Notes: generated from the letters alone by a model not told the origin. 64,000 nt of DNA from an uncultured Actinomycetota bacterium (GCA_963829525.1 CAWHIJ010000003.1:1888001-1952000); one strand, 5' to 3'. Positions 9,798 through 20,242 are shown, counted from the stretch's first letter. Numbers and translations are program-made.

Positions 9798-11165
9798 CTA
9801 GCTGTTCGGACCGATGCCCTGCTTGACGAGCTCGTCGACCACCTTGGCCGACTCGTCGAAACCAATCAGAACAATCGCGTCCGGGTCGAGAGCCTTGACT
9901 TGGCTGACCTCAGCGCTGAAGGACTGCGCAGTGGGGTCGTAGAAGATCGCCTTTTCAACGCTGTCTGGCTCAGTCACCACCGTGCCGCCACCCTCTTCGA
10001 ACGGGATGTTGGTGTACTTCGCCAAGCCCTCACCATAGGCATCCTGCAGCGACAGGATGGCCACGTTAGTGCGACCGTCCTCAAGCATGAGGTTCGCCAG
10101 AATGCGGCCCTGCAGCACGTCCGCGGGAGCGGTACGGAAGAAGAGCCCGCCGTCCTTGGCCGTGGTCAGGTCCGGCGAGGTGTTTGCCGGCGAGATCTGC
10201 AGAATGCCGGCATCAGTCACCTGCTTCAGCGTGTTGAGGCTGACGCTGGACGAGGCGGCACCGACGATGGCGTCGACACCCTTGTTGATGTGGCTCGCGA
10301 TGGTCTGCGCACCCTTCTCGAAGTTCGAAGAGTCGCTGGAGTCACCTGGGATCCACACGATCGGCTTGCCGAGCACGCCGCCCTCGTCGTTGATCTCGCC
10401 GATAGCGAGCTCGACGGCAGCAACCTCGGGCGGGCCGAGCGAGGCAAGTGATCCGGTCAGTGGCAGGTAGCCACCAATCTGGAGCTGCCCGTCAGCACCG
10501 TCGTTCTTCGTGTCGGTCAGCGCAGGCGGCGTGCCCTCGGTCGGAGCGACTGTGTCGTCGATGTAGGTCAGCGCTTCGCCGGGGGCGTTGTAACCAGGGA
10601 CGGTGTTCTGCGCGTCGTACTGGTAGATACCGATCGACGCCGAAGTCGGGTCACCGAACGAGTCGAACTCGATGGGTCCGGAGACACCGTCATAGTCGAT
10701 GTCCTCGCCCTGCTTGATCAGGTCGTTGCAGTCAGCGAACGTCGTGCACTTGGTGCCGTTGGCCGACACTTCCTGCATCTGCGCTGCCATGTCGCGACCA
10801 GCGTCAGACTTCGCCTGCTGGGCGGCAAGAGCGGTGACGATCACCGCGTCGTAGGACTCTGGTGAGTACGAGTAGCCGATCTTCTTCAGGCTCGGGTCCA
10901 CCTCGTTGAGGCGCGCCTTGAGCGTGTCGTCGATCTGAGCGCCGGGGAGCGTCCCCTTCACTCCCTCAAGAGTGCCTGGGGCAAGCTCACCCAGAGGGCC
11001 GTTACCCAGGTTGCCGTCGACGAGGTAGAGCGGCGTACCAGACGCAGCAGGTTCGGTGGCGGTGTCCGTGGTGTTTCCACCGTCGTCGCTGCCACAGGCG
11101 GCGAGCACAATGCCCGCAGCTCCAGCGACGGCGACCAGACGCCAGGTGGCGTTTGCTCGAATCAT
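9798..11165 (-). CDS. ABC substrate-binding lipoprotein, LivK/LivJ (PBP type 1) family, apparently circularly permuted
   Basis: Lipobox LAAC at residue 24; family motifs IGGYLPLTGSLA, EINDEGGVLGK, AIVGAASS, FFRTAP, ESYDAV and YDGVSGPIEFD are all present but in a non-canonical order. Confidence 0.85.
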   Translation of the reverse strand: MIRANATWRLVAVAGAAGIVLAACGSDDGGNTTDTATEPAASGTPLYLVDGNLGNGPLGELAPGTLEGVKGTLPGAQIDDTLKARLNEVDPSLKKIGYSYSPESYDAVIVTALAAQQAKSDAGRDMAAQMQEVSANGTKCTTFADCNDLIKQGEDIDYDGVSGPIEFDSFGDPTSASIGIYQYDAQNTVPGYNAPGEALTYIDDTVAPTEGTPPALTDTKNDGADGQLQIGGYLPLTGSLASLGPPEVAAVELAIGEINDEGGVLGKPIVWIPGDSSDSSNFEKGAQTIASHINKGVDAIVGAASSSVSLNTLKQVTDAGILQISPANTSPDLTTAKDGGLFFRTAPADVLQGRILANLMLEDGRTNVAILSLQDAYGEGLAKYTNIPFEEGGGTVVTEPDSVEKAIFYDPTAQSFSAEVSQVKALDPDAIVLIGFDESAKVVDELVKQGIGPNS

Positions 11166-11417
11166 TCATCACTCCTTGCCGATCGGGCTAGATAGCCCAG
11201 GGCCCGGCGCTGTGGCCGGATGATGATCGAAAACTAGCCCCCGAAGGCGGTCAGCGCAGCCCGAGAAGGGCGTCTTGGGCCCGGTCGTTGCGGCATCGTG
11301 ACCTGCAAGTGACGTTCTGTCACCTTTCGCCGTGGAATCTCACCCGGTCCAGGCTCAGAACGATCGGGGGCTCATCAGTAGACTTCCGTCGCCCCGCCGG
11401 GAGGCGGGCTGTGCATT

Positions 11418-11499
11418 GCCCCGGTGGCGGAATTGGCAGACGCGGCGGATTCAAAATCCGTTGCCGAAAGGCATGAGGGTTCGAGTCCCTCCCGGGGCA
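11418..11499 (+). tRNA. tRNA-Leu (anticodon CAA)
   Basis: Acceptor stem GCCCCGG/CCGGGGC, D-loop GGAATTGGCAGAC, anticodon arm GCGGA-TTCAAAA-TCCGT, long variable arm TGCCGAAAGGCA, T-loop GTTCGAGTC. CCA is not encoded. TAGACT -10 at 11379-11384. Confidence 0.95.
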
Positions 11500-11512
11500 C
11501 CCTCAGGCGGGG

Positions 11513-11905
11513 TCAGGGAGCCGCGATGCGGCCCAGCACCCCGTTGACGAAGCCGGGTGACTCGTCGGTTGACAGCTCCTTGGCCAGTTCGACGGCCTCA
11601 TCGATGGCCACCGCAGGGGCGATGTCCGGCCCCCAGCGCAACTCAAAGGTGGCCAGCCGCAGCAGCGCCCGGTCGACAGCTGGCATCCGGTCCAGGCTCC
11701 AGTCGATGGCGTTCGCCTCGATCAACGCATCAATCTCCTCGGCATGCTCAACGACCCCCGAGACGAGGGCCTCGGTGTAGGCGTTGCGGGCCGGGTCCCC
11801 GCGCCCTGCGCGCTCGGCCAGAACCACGCTGACCGGCTCGCCCCGCTGATCAGCCTCAAAGAGGATGTCCAGCGCTCGCTTACGTGCTTTGTGTCGGGCT
11901 CCCAC
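11513..11905 (-). CDS. nusB: Transcription antitermination factor NusB
   Basis: ARHKARKRALDILFEAD, WSLDRMPAVDRALLR, FVNGVLG; follows efp. Confidence 0.95.
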   Translation of the reverse strand: MGARHKARKRALDILFEADQRGEPVSVVLAERAGRGDPARNAYTEALVSGVVEHAEEIDALIEANAIDWSLDRMPAVDRALLRLATFELRWGPDIAPAVAIDEAVELAKELSTDESPGFVNGVLGRIAAP

Positions 11906-11908
11906 GGG

Positions 11909-12466
11909 TCAGGCGCGACCGAGGTAGCTGCCGTCGCGGGTGTCCACCCGGATCCGCTCTCCCTGGGTGATGAACAGCGGCACGCCGACCTCGAAGCCTG
12001 TCTCCAGGGTGGCTGGCTTGGTTCCACCAGTCGAACGGTCACCCTGCAGGCCCGGCTCGGTGTAGGTGATCTCAAGCTCGACGGCGGCCGGCAGCTCGAC
12101 ATAAAGGGCAATGCCCTCGTGAATCGCCACCGTGGCGTTCTGGCCCTCGAGCATGAAGTGGGAAGCGTCCCCCACCGTTTGCGCGGGAACGTGCAGCTGG
12201 TCGTAGGAGGCGGTGTCCATAAAGACGAAGTCCTCGCCGTCCTGGTACAGATACTGCATCTCTCGCTTGTCGACGCTAGCGGTCTCGACCTTCACGCCAG
12301 CATTGAACGTCTTGTCGACGACCTTTCCGGACAGAACGTTCTTGAGCTTGGTGCGGACGAAGGCACCGCCCTTGCCGGGCTTCACGTGCTGGAACTCGAT
12401 GACCGTCCAAAGTCCGCCATCGATATTGAGGACAAGACCGTTCTTGAGGTCGTTTGTGGTGGCCAC
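11909..12466 (-). CDS. efp: Elongation factor P
   Basis: [34 protein letters not shown]. Confidence 0.97.
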   Translation of the reverse strand: MATTNDLKNGLVLNIDGGLWTVIEFQHVKPGKGGAFVRTKLKNVLSGKVVDKTFNAGVKVETASVDKREMQYLYQDGEDFVFMDTASYDQLHVPAQTVGDASHFMLEGQNATVAIHEGIALYVELPAAVELEITYTEPGLQGDRSTGGTKPATLETGFEVGVPLFITQGERIRVDTRDGSYLGRA

Positions 12467-12510
12467 AGCGCGTTCGTCTCCTCGATGAGGGTTCTGGCCG
12501 AGCGACGCGC

Positions 12511-13584
12511 TCAGCCGACGACCAGCAGGTCGCGAGTTGTCGTGGTGAGGGTCTCGACGCTGTCGGCATGGACGACGACGGTGTCCTCGATCCGCACCCC
12601 ACCACGACCGGGGAGGTAGATCCCCGGTTCGATGGTGACCGGCACGGACGAGAGAAGGTTATCGGGGGACGTGGCGCTCAGGAACGGCGCCTCATGGATC
12701 TGCAACCCCACTCCGTGGCCGAGACCATGGCCAAAGCACTCACCAAACCCGGCCTCGACGACGACGCTACGTGCGGCAGCATCAACTTCCGACGCTGGCC
12801 GGCCCACCGTCAGGGCATCGACTCCAGCTTGTTGAGCGCGGCCAACAGTCTCGTAGATCTCCAGCTGCCAGAGGTCAGCTGCTGATCCGATAACAACCGT
12901 TCTGGTCATGTCGGCGTGGTAGCCGCCAACCCTTGCACCGAAGTCCATCGTCACCAGTTCCCCCGGCTGCAGCCGTCGGTCGGTCGGTTGGTGATGCGGG
13001 ATCGCCCCGTTCGAGCCTGAAGCAACGATCGTCTCGAAGCCTGGCCCATCCGACCGGTCCCGCAGACCGTCATCGATCCAGCGGGCCACTTCGCGCTCTG
13101 ACACCCCAGCCCGCAGCCGGGGCAGAACTGAGGCAAAAGCTTCATCGCTGGCAGCACACGCGGCCCGAAGCAGATCGAGCTCGACGGCATCCTTGGTCAT
13201 CCGCAGGTGGTCGATGGCCGAGCCCAGCGGCGTCCACTCAAGTTCTGCAGGGAGATCGCGCCAGGCCGAGACCGGGAGCGACAGGTCCTCAAACCCTGCC
13301 GAGACGAACCCGCGCTCGAGGAGACTCCCCGCGAGGTCGCGGCGCCCAATCCGGGTGATGCGGGCTGGAACGTCCGGGCACTCCTGCGCCACCTGTAGCT
13401 CGTACCGGCTGTCGGTGGCCAACTCGGCGTCTCCGTCGGCCCTGACCAACAGCGCAGCAGCCGAACCGGTGAAGCCCGTGAGGTAGCGGATGTTGAGCAA
13501 CGAGGTGACGAGGGCTGAACCAACGCCCATTGACCCCAAGACTTCAGCCAGGCGCTGACGTCGACGTTCCTGCACTGCTGCCAT
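12511..13584 (-). CDS. pepQ: Xaa-Pro aminopeptidase (M24 family)
   Basis: [45 protein letters not shown]. Confidence 0.9.
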   Translation of the reverse strand: MAAVQERRRQRLAEVLGSMGVGSALVTSLLNIRYLTGFTGSAAALLVRADGDAELATDSRYELQVAQECPDVPARITRIGRRDLAGSLLERGFVSAGFEDLSLPVSAWRDLPAELEWTPLGSAIDHLRMTKDAVELDLLRAACAASDEAFASVLPRLRAGVSEREVARWIDDGLRDRSDGPGFETIVASGSNGAIPHHQPTDRRLQPGELVTMDFGARVGGYHADMTRTVVIGSAADLWQLEIYETVGRAQQAGVDALTVGRPASEVDAAARSVVVEAGFGECFGHGLGHGVGLQIHEAPFLSATSPDNLLSSVPVTIEPGIYLPGRGGVRIEDTVVVHADSVETLTTTTRDLLVVG

Positions 13585-13625
13585 GAGGATCCTCGCAGTC
13601 GATGGGCCGGGGCTTCTGCGGAAGG

Positions 13626-14072
13626 TCAGGAAGGTTCGTGGGCAATCGCCTGCAGCGCCAGCAGGTAGGACGCGAGCCCGAAACCAGCGACGGTCCCGCT
13701 CGCAACTTCGGCGACAACCGAGTGACTTCGAAAGCTCTCCCTAGCCGCAGGGTTGGTGAGGTGCACCTCGATCAAGGGTGCCGTGCGCATCGCCGCTGCA
13801 TCCCGCAGCGCGTAGGAGTAGTGCGTGAACGCGGCCGGGTTGAGGACAACCGGTATCGACTCGGTTGCCGCCTCGTGCAGCCAGGCCACCAGCTCGGCCT
13901 CGTCGTCAGTTTGACGGGCCTCGACGTTCAAGCCCAATGACTCCCCCGCCTCCCGGCAGGCCCGTTCGATATCAGCCATGGTGGTACTGCCGTACACGTC
14001 CGGTTCGCGTGCGCCGAGCATGCCGAGATTGGGCCCGTTGAGCACCAGGACACGTCGGTTCGTCACGATCAC
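13626..14072 (-). CDS. aroQ: Type II 3-dehydroquinate dehydratase
   Basis: [34 protein letters not shown]. Confidence 0.95.
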   Translation of the reverse strand: MIVTNRRVLVLNGPNLGMLGAREPDVYGSTTMADIERACREAGESLGLNVEARQTDDEAELVAWLHEAATESIPVVLNPAAFTHYSYALRDAAAMRTAPLIEVHLTNPAARESFRSHSVVAEVASGTVAGFGLASYLLALQAIAHEPS

Positions 14073-15157
14073 TCCTCACCCGAGACTTCTGCATATGCCG
14101 CGGCAAGCAGCGCCGGGTCCGGGCCCTCGAGGCGACCAGGACGTGCGAGGCCGTCGAGCACCACGAAGCGGAGCCGGCTCCCCCGCGTCTTCTTGTCCAC
14201 CTGCATCGTCTCGTAGAGCCGACCCCACATGTCAGCGCGGTAGCGCGTCGGCAAGCCGAGGCTGGTGAGGATGCTCCGGTGGCGTTCGCAAAGATCAGTG
14301 TCGGTTCGGCCCGCGAGACGTCCCAGCTCAGCGGCGAACACCAGACCCACCGACACTGCCGCACCATGGCGCCACTGATAGCGCTCGTTCTTCTCGATCG
14401 CGTGTCCCAGTGTGTGACCGTAGTTGAGGTACTCCCTGTCGCCGGCCTCGCGCAGATCGCCCGCAACCACTCCGGCCTTCACCGCCACGGACCGGGCCAC
14501 CAGCTCAGCAGTCAGTCCCCCGTCCACATGCGCGGCCGCCGCTGGATCGGCCTCGATGATCTCCAAGATCCCCGGGTCGTGGGTGAACCCGACCTTCACC
14601 ACCTCGGCCAGACCCGCTCGGTAGTCGTTGTCCGGCAGCGTGCTCAAGGCACTGAGGTCGCACAGCACGCCGACCGGAGAGTGAAACGATCCGACGAGGT
14701 TCTTGCCCTCGGAGGTGTTGATCCCGGTCTTGCCACCGATGGCAGCGTCGACCATGCCGAGCATCGTCGTTGGGACGTGGACTACGGCAACTCCGCGCAG
14801 CCACGTCGCGGCAACGAACCCTCCCAGGTCGGTGGTCGCTCCCCCGCCCACGGCGACGATGGCGTCAGTCCTGGTGAACCCAGCCTGGCCAAGGACCGAC
14901 CAACAGAAAGCTGCGACCTCAGCAGTCTTGGCCTCTTCGGCGTCCGGCACCTCGATCAAGATCGCGGTTCTACCCTGGGTTTCGAGGTCGACCCGGATCG
15001 CCTCACCGGTCTCGGCAAGCGCCCGGGGGGTGATCACCGCAACCCGCTCAGCCTCGGCCGGCACCATGCCGCCCAGCTCTCCGAGTAGCTGCGAGCCCAC
15101 AAGCACCGGGTACGGCGCTGGACCACCGACAGTGATCCGGCGCGGCTCGGTGCTCAC
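14069..15157 (-). CDS. aroB: 3-dehydroquinate synthase
   Basis: [34 protein letters not shown]. Confidence 0.95.
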   Translation of the reverse strand: MSTEPRRITVGGPAPYPVLVGSQLLGELGGMVPAEAERVAVITPRALAETGEAIRVDLETQGRTAILIEVPDAEEAKTAEVAAFCWSVLGQAGFTRTDAIVAVGGGATTDLGGFVAATWLRGVAVVHVPTTMLGMVDAAIGGKTGINTSEGKNLVGSFHSPVGVLCDLSALSTLPDNDYRAGLAEVVKVGFTHDPGILEIIEADPAAAAHVDGGLTAELVARSVAVKAGVVAGDLREAGDREYLNYGHTLGHAIEKNERYQWRHGAAVSVGLVFAAELGRLAGRTDTDLCERHRSILTSLGLPTRYRADMWGRLYETMQVDKKTRGSRLRFVVLDGLARPGRLEGPDPALLAAAYAEVSGEE

Positions 15158-15678
15158 TGCTCGATCTCCTCCTTCAAGGCACCCACCACGGCATCGACGA
15201 CCTGCGCGGGAGTCCGTCCATCGGTGGACACCGTAACGGTCGCCACCTGGAGGTAGTAGGGACGACGTTCGTCGGCCAGCTGCTGCCAGCGCCCCCGCAC
15301 ATTGCCGACGAGCAGCGGACGCGAACGGTTCATCTGCAGGCGCTGCATCGCGGCAGCGAGCCCGACATCGAGATGCACCACTTGCTGCCCTGCCAGTGCC
15401 GTCCGGACCTCGTCGCTGAGGACCGCTCCACCGCCCAGAGCCAGGACGCCGCTGTGCTCGGCCAGGCCCCTCGCCACAGCATCGCGCTCCAAGGAACGAA
15501 AATGCTGCTCACCCTGCTGGACGAAGATGTCGGATACAGATGCGCCGGCGAGGATCTCAACGTCACGGTCGGTGTCACGAAACTCGACGCCCCACCGCGC
15601 AGCCAGCTGCTTGCCAACGGTCGACTTGCCCGATCCTGGCGGTCCAACAAGGACGACCCTTGGCCCCTTCCCGCTCAC
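15154..15678 (-). CDS. aroK: Shikimate kinase
   Basis: [26 protein letters not shown]; start placed at GTG 15678. Confidence 0.92.
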   Translation of the reverse strand: MSGKGPRVVLVGPPGSGKSTVGKQLAARWGVEFRDTDRDVEILAGASVSDIFVQQGEQHFRSLERDAVARGLAEHSGVLALGGGAVLSDEVRTALAGQQVVHLDVGLAAAMQRLQMNRSRPLLVGNVRGRWQQLADERRPYYLQVATVTVSTDGRTPAQVVDAVVGALKEEIEQ

Positions 15679-15685
15679 AACCAGG

Positions 15686-16866
15686 TCACCGGATGCGGAG
15701 CAGGTCGAGGTAGCTTGCAACGTTGCGCGAGGTCTCAACGACGCTGTCACCGCCAAACTTCTCAAGCACCGCGTTTGAGAGGACCAGCGCCACCATCGCC
15801 TCGGCGACAACTGCGGCTGCCGGCACGGCGCAAACATCCGACCTCTGGTTGATCGCCTTCGCCGGCTCACCCGTCGCGACGTCGACGGTGTCAAGGGCGC
15901 GGGGAATGGTGGAGATCGGCTTCATGGCCGCCCTGACTCGAAGCACCTCACCGGTCGTCATGCCCCCTTCTGTACCCCCCGATCGTCCGGTTACGCGGCG
16001 CACACCGTCATCGCCGGGAACGATCTCGTCATGCGCCTGCGATCCGCGGCGCCGAGCGGTGTCAAAGCCGTCCCCAACCTCGACCCCCTTGATCGCCTGG
16101 ATGCCCATGAGACCGGCCGCCAGCTGTGCGTCGATGCGTCGGTCCCAGTGCACGTGACTGCCCAGCCCAGGCGGAAGCCCGTGGACGACGACTTCGACCA
16201 CCCCGCCAAGCGTGTCGCCGGCAAGGCGGGCCGCCTCTATCTCGGCCACCATGGCCGCGCTGGCATCGGGGTCGACACAGCGCACCGGATCGGCGTCGAT
16301 CGCCTCACGCTGCTCAGCGTCGAGGCACCAGACCTTCAGGCAGCTCGGCCGTCCCGATCGCGACGACATGACTGACCACCTCGGCGCCCACCGTCTGACG
16401 CAAGAAGGCCTGAGCAACGGTTCCCAGCGCCACACGCGCAGCGGTCTCACTGGCGCTGGCGCGCTCCAGCACCGGCCGGGCATCGTCGAGGTCGTACTTC
16501 TGCATGCCGACAAGGTCGGCATGGCCGGGCCGCGGACGCGTCAAGGGGGCGTTGCGCGCCTGAGCGGCAAGCACCTCGGGGTCGACCGGGTCGGCGGCCA
16601 TGACCGTCTCCCACTTGGGCCACTCGGAGTTTCCGACCTCGATCGCCACCGGGCCCCCCATGGTGACGCCGTGCCGCACTCCGCCGACGATCCGCACGGC
16701 GTCCTGCTCGAACTTCATCCGGGCGCCGCGGCCGTGTCCCGAGCCGGCGGCGCGCGAGCTGAACGTCAATGTCCCCCGTGGTAATGGCGACGCCTGCGGG
16801 AAAACCTTCCGCAATTGCCATCAGCACTGGACCGTGAGACTCACCGGCGGTCAACCAACGCAACAT
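15686..16866 (-). CDS. aroC: Chorismate synthase, split by two frameshifts (~16745 and ~16330), probably sequence errors
   Basis: [12 protein letters not shown] (first frame), RPRPGHADL and [13 protein letters not shown] (second frame), [16 protein letters not shown] and [10 protein letters not shown] (third frame). Confidence 0.9.
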
Positions 16867-16913
16867 GGCGCACAGTCTCCCAGACTCATCCGGCTGCCCC
16901 GGCCTGGGGAGCA

Positions 16914-16956
16914 CATGCGTGTGGCCCGCCATCAGTGATGGCGGGCCACACGCATG
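16914..16956. terminator. Near-perfect 43-bp palindrome ending the pilus operon
   Basis: CATGCGTGTGGCCCGCCATC-AGT-GATGGCGGGCCACACGCATG, a 20-bp stem 17 nt after the last pil gene. Confidence 0.7.
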
Positions 16957-16973
16957 AACGTCGTTGTTCGTGG

Positions 16974-17719
16974 CTACAGCTTGAAGACCACCGTGTCCTT
17001 GGCCACCAGCTCGACTGGCGCATCCGAGCCGAAGACCACCGTGGCGGTGTCCTTGCCCGAGGGCAGCTCACCGACCCGAGTCAGCTTGAAGGGACCGGTC
17101 TTGCTGTTGGTGAACATGTCCTTGACTGTCGACCACGTAGCGCTTGCCGTTGACCTCGATGACCGCTGAGTCCTTGGCCGCGATCGACCGAGAGGAGGGT
17201 GACCTTGTACGACGTCACCGGATCTGCGGTGGGCGTTGGTGACGGCGACGGTGCAATGGAGACCGTCGGGGCAGGGTTCGGGACGGTCCCCGTCCCGGTG
17301 CCGGTGCCGGTGGTAGTACCCGTCCCAGTGGTGGTACCGCTAGTGGTGTCTGTGGCGGGGACATCGGTCGGCGCCGGCTCGGCAGCGACAATGACCTCTT
17401 CGGCCGGTAGTGGCGCGAAGGGGTTCCGGCCGACTGCGAAGTCATCCTTGACCGAAGCAGGCACGGTCTCGGTCTTGTCCTTGGTGGCCCCGCCCTTGGC
17501 GGAGCCATTATCCGTCGCGGTCGGAGCCGGGGCCCCGCTGATGATCCCAAGTTCCTCGTCCTCTGAGCTGCCGGAAAGAAACAGGAAGTAGACACCGAGA
17601 CCGACCACGAGCAGGGCAGCGAGCCCACCGACCACAAAGAGAATGCGCTTCTGCCCCCCCGAACCTCCGGAGGAATCCTCGAGCCCCTCGAGGGGCTCGC
17701 TGGCAAGAGTGTGTGACAT
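16974..17719 (-). CDS. Membrane-anchored T4P accessory protein after pilO (frameshifted near 17190 and 17130)
   Basis: N-terminal TM helix, GRNPFAP motif, T/G/P-rich linker. A beta-rich C-terminus (...[16 protein letters not shown]...DTVVFKL*) continues in another frame to the stop at 16974. Confidence 0.6.
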
Positions 17720-17731
17720 GGCGGGCTCCTC

Positions 17732-18382
17732 TTACGGTGCGGGCTCGGTGGACGGGGCTGTCGTGGTGCCTGGTGCAGGAACGACAGCTTCAGCGGCAGC
17801 AGGGACCAAGTAGATCCTGGCGTTCAGCGTGGCGGTCAGTTCCGGGTCTGCACCAGGTTCGGCGTCTGAGGTCTCGTCCGTCATCGCGAGCCCACCCACC
17901 AGGGTGTAGCGCTCGGTAGTCTCGAGCTCGTTGACGAACTTCTCGATTTCGAAGTAGGTACCGGTGACGACGATGTCCACGTTGACTGCCGCTAGCTCGT
18001 CAGGCGGAAGTGCGGCACCGGCAGCTACCTGGACCCCGCTCAATGACACCGGAGTGGCTGGAGTGAGCGAAGAAAGGCCGACGCCGGTTGCTCTGCCGAT
18101 GTCCTGCAGCTGACGGATGTAGGAAGGCAGCTCAGGCTCTCGAGGAATCTGCGTGCGTAGCGCGGCTAGCTCAGCCTGCTTCTCGGGAAGATCCTTGTTC
18201 TGCTGCTTGAGCATGTCGCGCTCCATGGCCAGCGCGCTGTTGTCATCCTGCTGAGCTGCAGTCTGGGTCTCCAGATCGGCCACCTCAGCACGCTTCGGCG
18301 AGATGAGCAGGAACCAACCGGCCACCAGGATCAGCACTGCCACCAGGGCTGCGCCGACTGTCCACTTACGTGTTTCGGTCAT
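17732..18382 (-). CDS. pilO: Type IV pilus alignment protein PilO
   Basis: TM helix plus coiled coil, QIPREPELPSYIRQL, VTGTYFEIEKFVNELE; follows pilN. Confidence 0.8.
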   Translation of the reverse strand: MTETRKWTVGAALVAVLILVAGWFLLISPKRAEVADLETQTAAQQDDNSALAMERDMLKQQNKDLPEKQAELAALRTQIPREPELPSYIRQLQDIGRATGVGLSSLTPATPVSLSGVQVAAGAALPPDELAAVNVDIVVTGTYFEIEKFVNELETTERYTLVGGLAMTDETSDAEPGADPELTATLNARIYLVPAAAEAVVPAPGTTTAPSTEPAP

Positions 18383-18383
18383 C

Positions 18384-19082
18384 TCACTCACCTGTCGCGA
18401 TCTCGAGGTAACGGTCCGAGGCCGCTTCCTGACTCAGCTGGGTCGTCGACTCGACGTCGTAGAACTTGCCGACGGTGTCGGCCTCCTCCGAAGCGACCGC
18501 CGACGTCACTGTCGGCTCAATGAAGCCCTCTTGCCTGGCCAGTGTCTGCAACCAGGAAGCGATTGCGTCGAAGTTGTTGGACTTCCCGGTGAAGGTGATC
18601 GAGCCCATCGTCGGCACGCCGAGCGGAGTAGTAGGAACGGTAAGAGCCGTTACGCCGGTCGGGTCCAGTTGGGCGGCGGCAGCGTTGTTGACTGCCGTCA
18701 GGGTGGAAAGTCGCGTCGACTTCGGGATCGTCAGGCTGAGGTCGTTGAGGTAGAACGACCAGCGCACCTCGGGCGTCATGGCGGTGACCAGATCGTCCTG
18801 TGCAGCCTGCACTTCGGCAAGCACGAGGGGCACCTCTGCGTAGCTGGCGACCTCCGCCTGAAGGTCGCTTCCTTCAGCCTGAGCTGCCGACAGGTCCTCC
18901 TCGGCTCCTCCCACCTGGCCACTTGCCAGGAGGAAGATCATCACGACGAGTGCCATGACCGCGAGCACCATGAGCCCAAGCATGACCTGCAGCTTCTTGA
19001 GCTTGGCCGCTGCCGCAATCTCCGGCGGAAGCAGGTTGACCCGCGGCATCTGTGCCAGCCGGGTCGGCGTCAGTGTGGTCAT
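18384..19082 (-). CDS. pilN: Type IV pilus alignment protein PilN
   Basis: VNLLPPE N-terminal PilM-binding motif, TM helix, WSFYLNDLSLTIP. Confidence 0.85.
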   Translation of the reverse strand: MTTLTPTRLAQMPRVNLLPPEIAAAAKLKKLQVMLGLMVLAVMALVVMIFLLASGQVGGAEEDLSAAQAEGSDLQAEVASYAEVPLVLAEVQAAQDDLVTAMTPEVRWSFYLNDLSLTIPKSTRLSTLTAVNNAAAAQLDPTGVTALTVPTTPLGVPTMGSITFTGKSNNFDAIASWLQTLARQEGFIEPTVTSAVASEEADTVGKFYDVESTTQLSQEAASDRYLEIATGE

Positions 19083-20143
19083 GATGCGCCTCCGAGTGCG
19101 AGGCCAACGGGCACGGCAGCCAGCGGCTCGACGAACTCCATCTGTTCTGGACTCAGCCCGGTCTTGCCGATCACCAGCTCACCGAACGCCGATCCGCGCT
19201 CTACCTCGACGCGAGTCGAGTTGAAGAGCCGCTCGGACAGGCCGGCGAGGCGAGAGCCTCCACCGGTGACCACGATTCGCTCGATCGGCCTGGCTCCTGG
19301 CGACGCGGTGTAGTAGTCGAGGGAGCCACGCACCTGGTCGATGAACGCCTGGCCAGCGGCCTCCATGACCCGACCGGCCGCCTGTGCCTTTGGGTCCTCG
19401 TTGTTGGTCGACATCCCCATCTCGTGCTTGAGCGCCTCGGCCTCGGTCTGCTCTGACCCGGTGCGCTCGGCCAGTGCGTCAGTGACGTCGGCACCGCCCA
19501 TGAGCAGGATGCGGACAAAGCGCGGAGCGCCGCCCTCGTGGACCACGATGTTGGTGACGCGGGCTCCGACGTCGATAAGGGCCTCCATGGTGCTGCCCAT
19601 GCCGAGGTCGTCGCTGTCAGCGAGCGAGCGGAGCACCGCGAAGGCGGTGAGGTCGACCATCACGGGTTGCAGTCCAGCGTCAGTCACCGCCTGAAGTTGG
19701 GCCTCCACCATGTCCCGCTGCGCCGCAACGAGCAGCCCGCGGTAGGTGCGGGTACCGTCCTCGGTGGTCAGTTCTTCAAGCGGGTAGTAGTCCAGCAGCG
19801 CCTGGTCGACGGACATCGGGATGGTGTCCTGCACAACGAAGGGCAACGACTCCTTCAGTTCGTCGAGAGGCTGCCAGGGAAGGTCGACCTGACGAACGAT
19901 GACCTTCTGGTTCGCGACGCCAACGATCACGTTCTTGCTGCTGAACTTGGTGTGTGCCCAGAGTTGCTTGATCGCCTCGGCCACTGCGCGTGGCTGAACC
20001 ACCTCGCCGTCACGGACGGCCCCCTCAGGGAGGGCCACTTGACCGAACTTCTCGAGGGTGATGCCTGACTTGCCGAACGTGAGCTCGGCTGCTCGAACAC
20101 CGGACGTGCCGATGTCCAGGCCGATGGCTGTGCGTGCTGCCAC
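19079..20143 (-). CDS. pilM: Type IV pilus actin-like protein PilM
   Basis: IGLDIGTSGVRAAE, LIDVGARVTNIV, IVVTGGGSRLAGL, AVPVGLALG. Confidence 0.92.
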   Translation of the reverse strand: MAARTAIGLDIGTSGVRAAELTFGKSGITLEKFGQVALPEGAVRDGEVVQPRAVAEAIKQLWAHTKFSSKNVIVGVANQKVIVRQVDLPWQPLDELKESLPFVVQDTIPMSVDQALLDYYPLEELTTEDGTRTYRGLLVAAQRDMVEAQLQAVTDAGLQPVMVDLTAFAVLRSLADSDDLGMGSTMEALIDVGARVTNIVVHEGGAPRFVRILLMGGADVTDALAERTGSEQTEAEALKHEMGMSTNNEDPKAQAAGRVMEAAGQAFIDQVRGSLDYYTASPGARPIERIVVTGGGSRLAGLSERLFNSTRVEVERGSAFGELVIGKTGLSPEQMEFVEPLAAVPVGLALGGAS

Positions 20144-20215
20144 GTCTCTCCCCTTCACACCGGCGGCCGCGTTCGGCCAGGTGGGTGAGTCCTTTCGGAC
20201 TATGTCAGCGGGATG

Positions 20216-20242
20216 ATCGGCGCATCGGGGGCCGCCCTTGAG
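20216..20242 (-). promoter_or_regulatory. sigma28 (FliA/WhiG)-type promoter for pilMNO
   Basis: Minus strand CTCAAG-N15-GCCGAT. Confidence 0.7.

Noticed and set aside
11418-11499. bldA-type tRNA-Leu(UAA), or a tRNA-integrated prophage/island
   Set aside because: The anticodon is CAA, and no integrase or duplicated tRNA 3' end was seen in the window.
15686-16866. Programmed frameshifting or pseudogenisation of aroC (likewise alaS and mltG)
   Set aside because: No slippery sites were evident, there are several breaks per gene, and essential genes are affected, so sequencing error is more parsimonious.
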